DNA of 64,000 nucleotides, from positions 150,842,569 to 150,906,568 of the forward strand of contig NC_068983.1 of NCBI RefSeq assembly GCF_001194135.2. The letters run 5' to 3'. Of this stretch, positions 62,671 to 64,000 are shown piece by piece. Origin of the DNA: Octopus bimaculoides. Its lineage: Eukaryota. The notes under the pieces were generated by a model that worked only from the letters and a program-made list of their open reading frames with translations, searched no databases and had not been told where the DNA came from. The translations under genes were made by a program, and so were the position numbers. The stretch's first letter is position 1; each line of letters begins with the position of its first letter.

Positions 62671-63527
62671 AGAAACAACATGCACACACATAACACGTAT
62701 GCTTGTCATTATTTTCAAAACGTAAGTAATCAGAAGTACGTTTGTATTAAGATGGTGGTTTGACATGTCAAGTTGAGCTTAAAAGAAAATGGCGGATGCT
62801 CTGTTTAGTGTGTCAAGATTAAAATGGCAGTCAATTGATGGATTAAGTATAGCGTAATAATAATAATAAACGCGAAATTCTGTCCGTCCGTCCGTCCGTT
62901 CGTTCGTCCAGGACTCTGTATCCCAGTCTACATTTGCTCCACATAGACATATTATACTCTTTTGGAATCAGGACGATTCTGGAATTGAAAATTTGCCCTT
63001 TATTTGGTTCTTGAATATCCAGTATTGGGATCAGGACTGGATGAAGGTTTGTTATATGCTAACAGTTGAAAATTCAAATTTTAAAAGAACTCCAAAAATT
63101 TGTGAACTTGAAACTTTTCCATTTAAATTGAATTTAAAGTAATACCATATTGGTAGGGTACCAATAAATGCTTTATTATTATTGCTGTCCATAGTTTGGC
63201 GTGGCAAACCCACTTAGCTCTCCACAGGAGATAGCTTAAAAGTCTGAATGGAGTGCAGATTTTAAGCCAGTTCAAAGTAAAGATGGATTAACATAATATT
63301 AGATACTTGAGCCCTTCGCTTTTTATGGGGCATAAGCTCTCCATGACTTTTATTCACTGTTCTCGATTCTGGGGTTTTTCTGCTTCTTTCTAGTTGGGTC
63401 TCCTGCATTTTAAAAGTATATAGAGGCTGCCAGTCATGGGTTGATACCATATAGATACTTCTTCGTTGATTTGTAAACAAATCTGCTTTTGCAATGCTGT
63501 TTTGTTTATTGTTTAATTATATTTATT

Positions 63528-63700
63528 GTAGGCACAGTATGGCTGAATGGATAAAAAGCTTGTTTCACAACTACAAAATTCTGAGTTCGGTCTTACTGCT
63601 TCAGATCTTGGACAAATGTCATTTTCTGGAGCTTCGGGTCGCCCTATATTTTGTGAGTGAAACTGGGTTGACGGAAACTGAATAGGAGCTCGTCATATAA
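63528..63700 (+). mobile_element. SINE family A, decayed 5' half
   Basis: aggcacagtatggctgaatgg...tctgagttc...cttggacaaatgtc...ttgtgagtga...gacggaaactgaa. Confidence 0.65.
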
Positions 63701-63734
63701 GCCAAAATGTACAATCTTACGACGTTTGTTTATG

Positions 63735-63880
63735 TTGTGGCACACCTATTCAGTCTATGTATTAATTTAATGGGGCATGTCAGTCTGTGAAATGTTAAGC
63801 CGCTTACACGTTAATTCAGGGGCAGATAATTCAGGTGATTGAGCACTTGAATCCCCACTGTCCTCCGAAGAAGACCCATC
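63735..63880 (+). mobile_element. Very decayed family C-like tail
   Basis: gtctgtgaaatgttaagccgcttacacgttaattc resembles gtctgtggagtgctcagccacttgcacgttaatttc. Confidence 0.4.
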
Positions 63881-64000
63881 ACAAATATTTTCTATTCCTG
63901 GAAATTATATAAAAATAAATAAAGAAAAAGAGATGAAGAATATTAACATGAAAGCAACGAACTAGCGATTTATAATTTTTATAATTTTAATTAAATTATG

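Noticed and set aside
62855-63235. (GTCC)n tract near an AT-rich start, reminiscent of non-autonomous Helitron/DINE elements
   Set aside because: No TC start, subterminal inverted repeat or hairpin-CTAG end could be verified.

Overview
This is AT-rich, repeat-saturated animal genomic DNA from a gappy short-read assembly. About 8.4 kb is N in 19 gaps, most abutting a microsatellite. The tRNA-derived SINE families and the heavy (CA)n/(TA)n/(TATG)n/(GATA)n load point to an octopus (coleoid cephalopod) genome; this is recognition from memory, not a database result. No host protein-coding gene, true tRNA/rRNA or CRISPR array can be supported, and most ORF-track entries are microsatellite or N-gap artefacts. 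Supported content: about 35 SINE copies or fragments from four families (labelled A-D here) and decayed fragments of many transposon classes. These are non-LTR elements (Dong/R4-type RLE, CR1, RTE), two Penelope-like clades, a Helitron helicase, a MULE, a Chapaev-type transposase, three IS630-Tc1-mariner lineages and hAT MITEs. The best leads are: (1) three minimal type-I hammerhead-ribozyme-like cores in Penelope-type termini, one overlapped by a perfect 23-bp hairpin; (2) a SINE whose 3' tail matches the 3' end of a CR1 LINE in the same window; (3) a SINE chimera whose head segment is replaced by tail sequence at microhomologies; (4) a 204-bp fold-back palindrome inside a cluster of inverted SINEs; and (5) a strong local SINE orientation bias, plus weak + strand exon candidates. 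I found no convincing new biological system. These are transposon-biology leads, not established discoveries. Element boundaries are approximate (+/-20 bp) unless motif coordinates are given.
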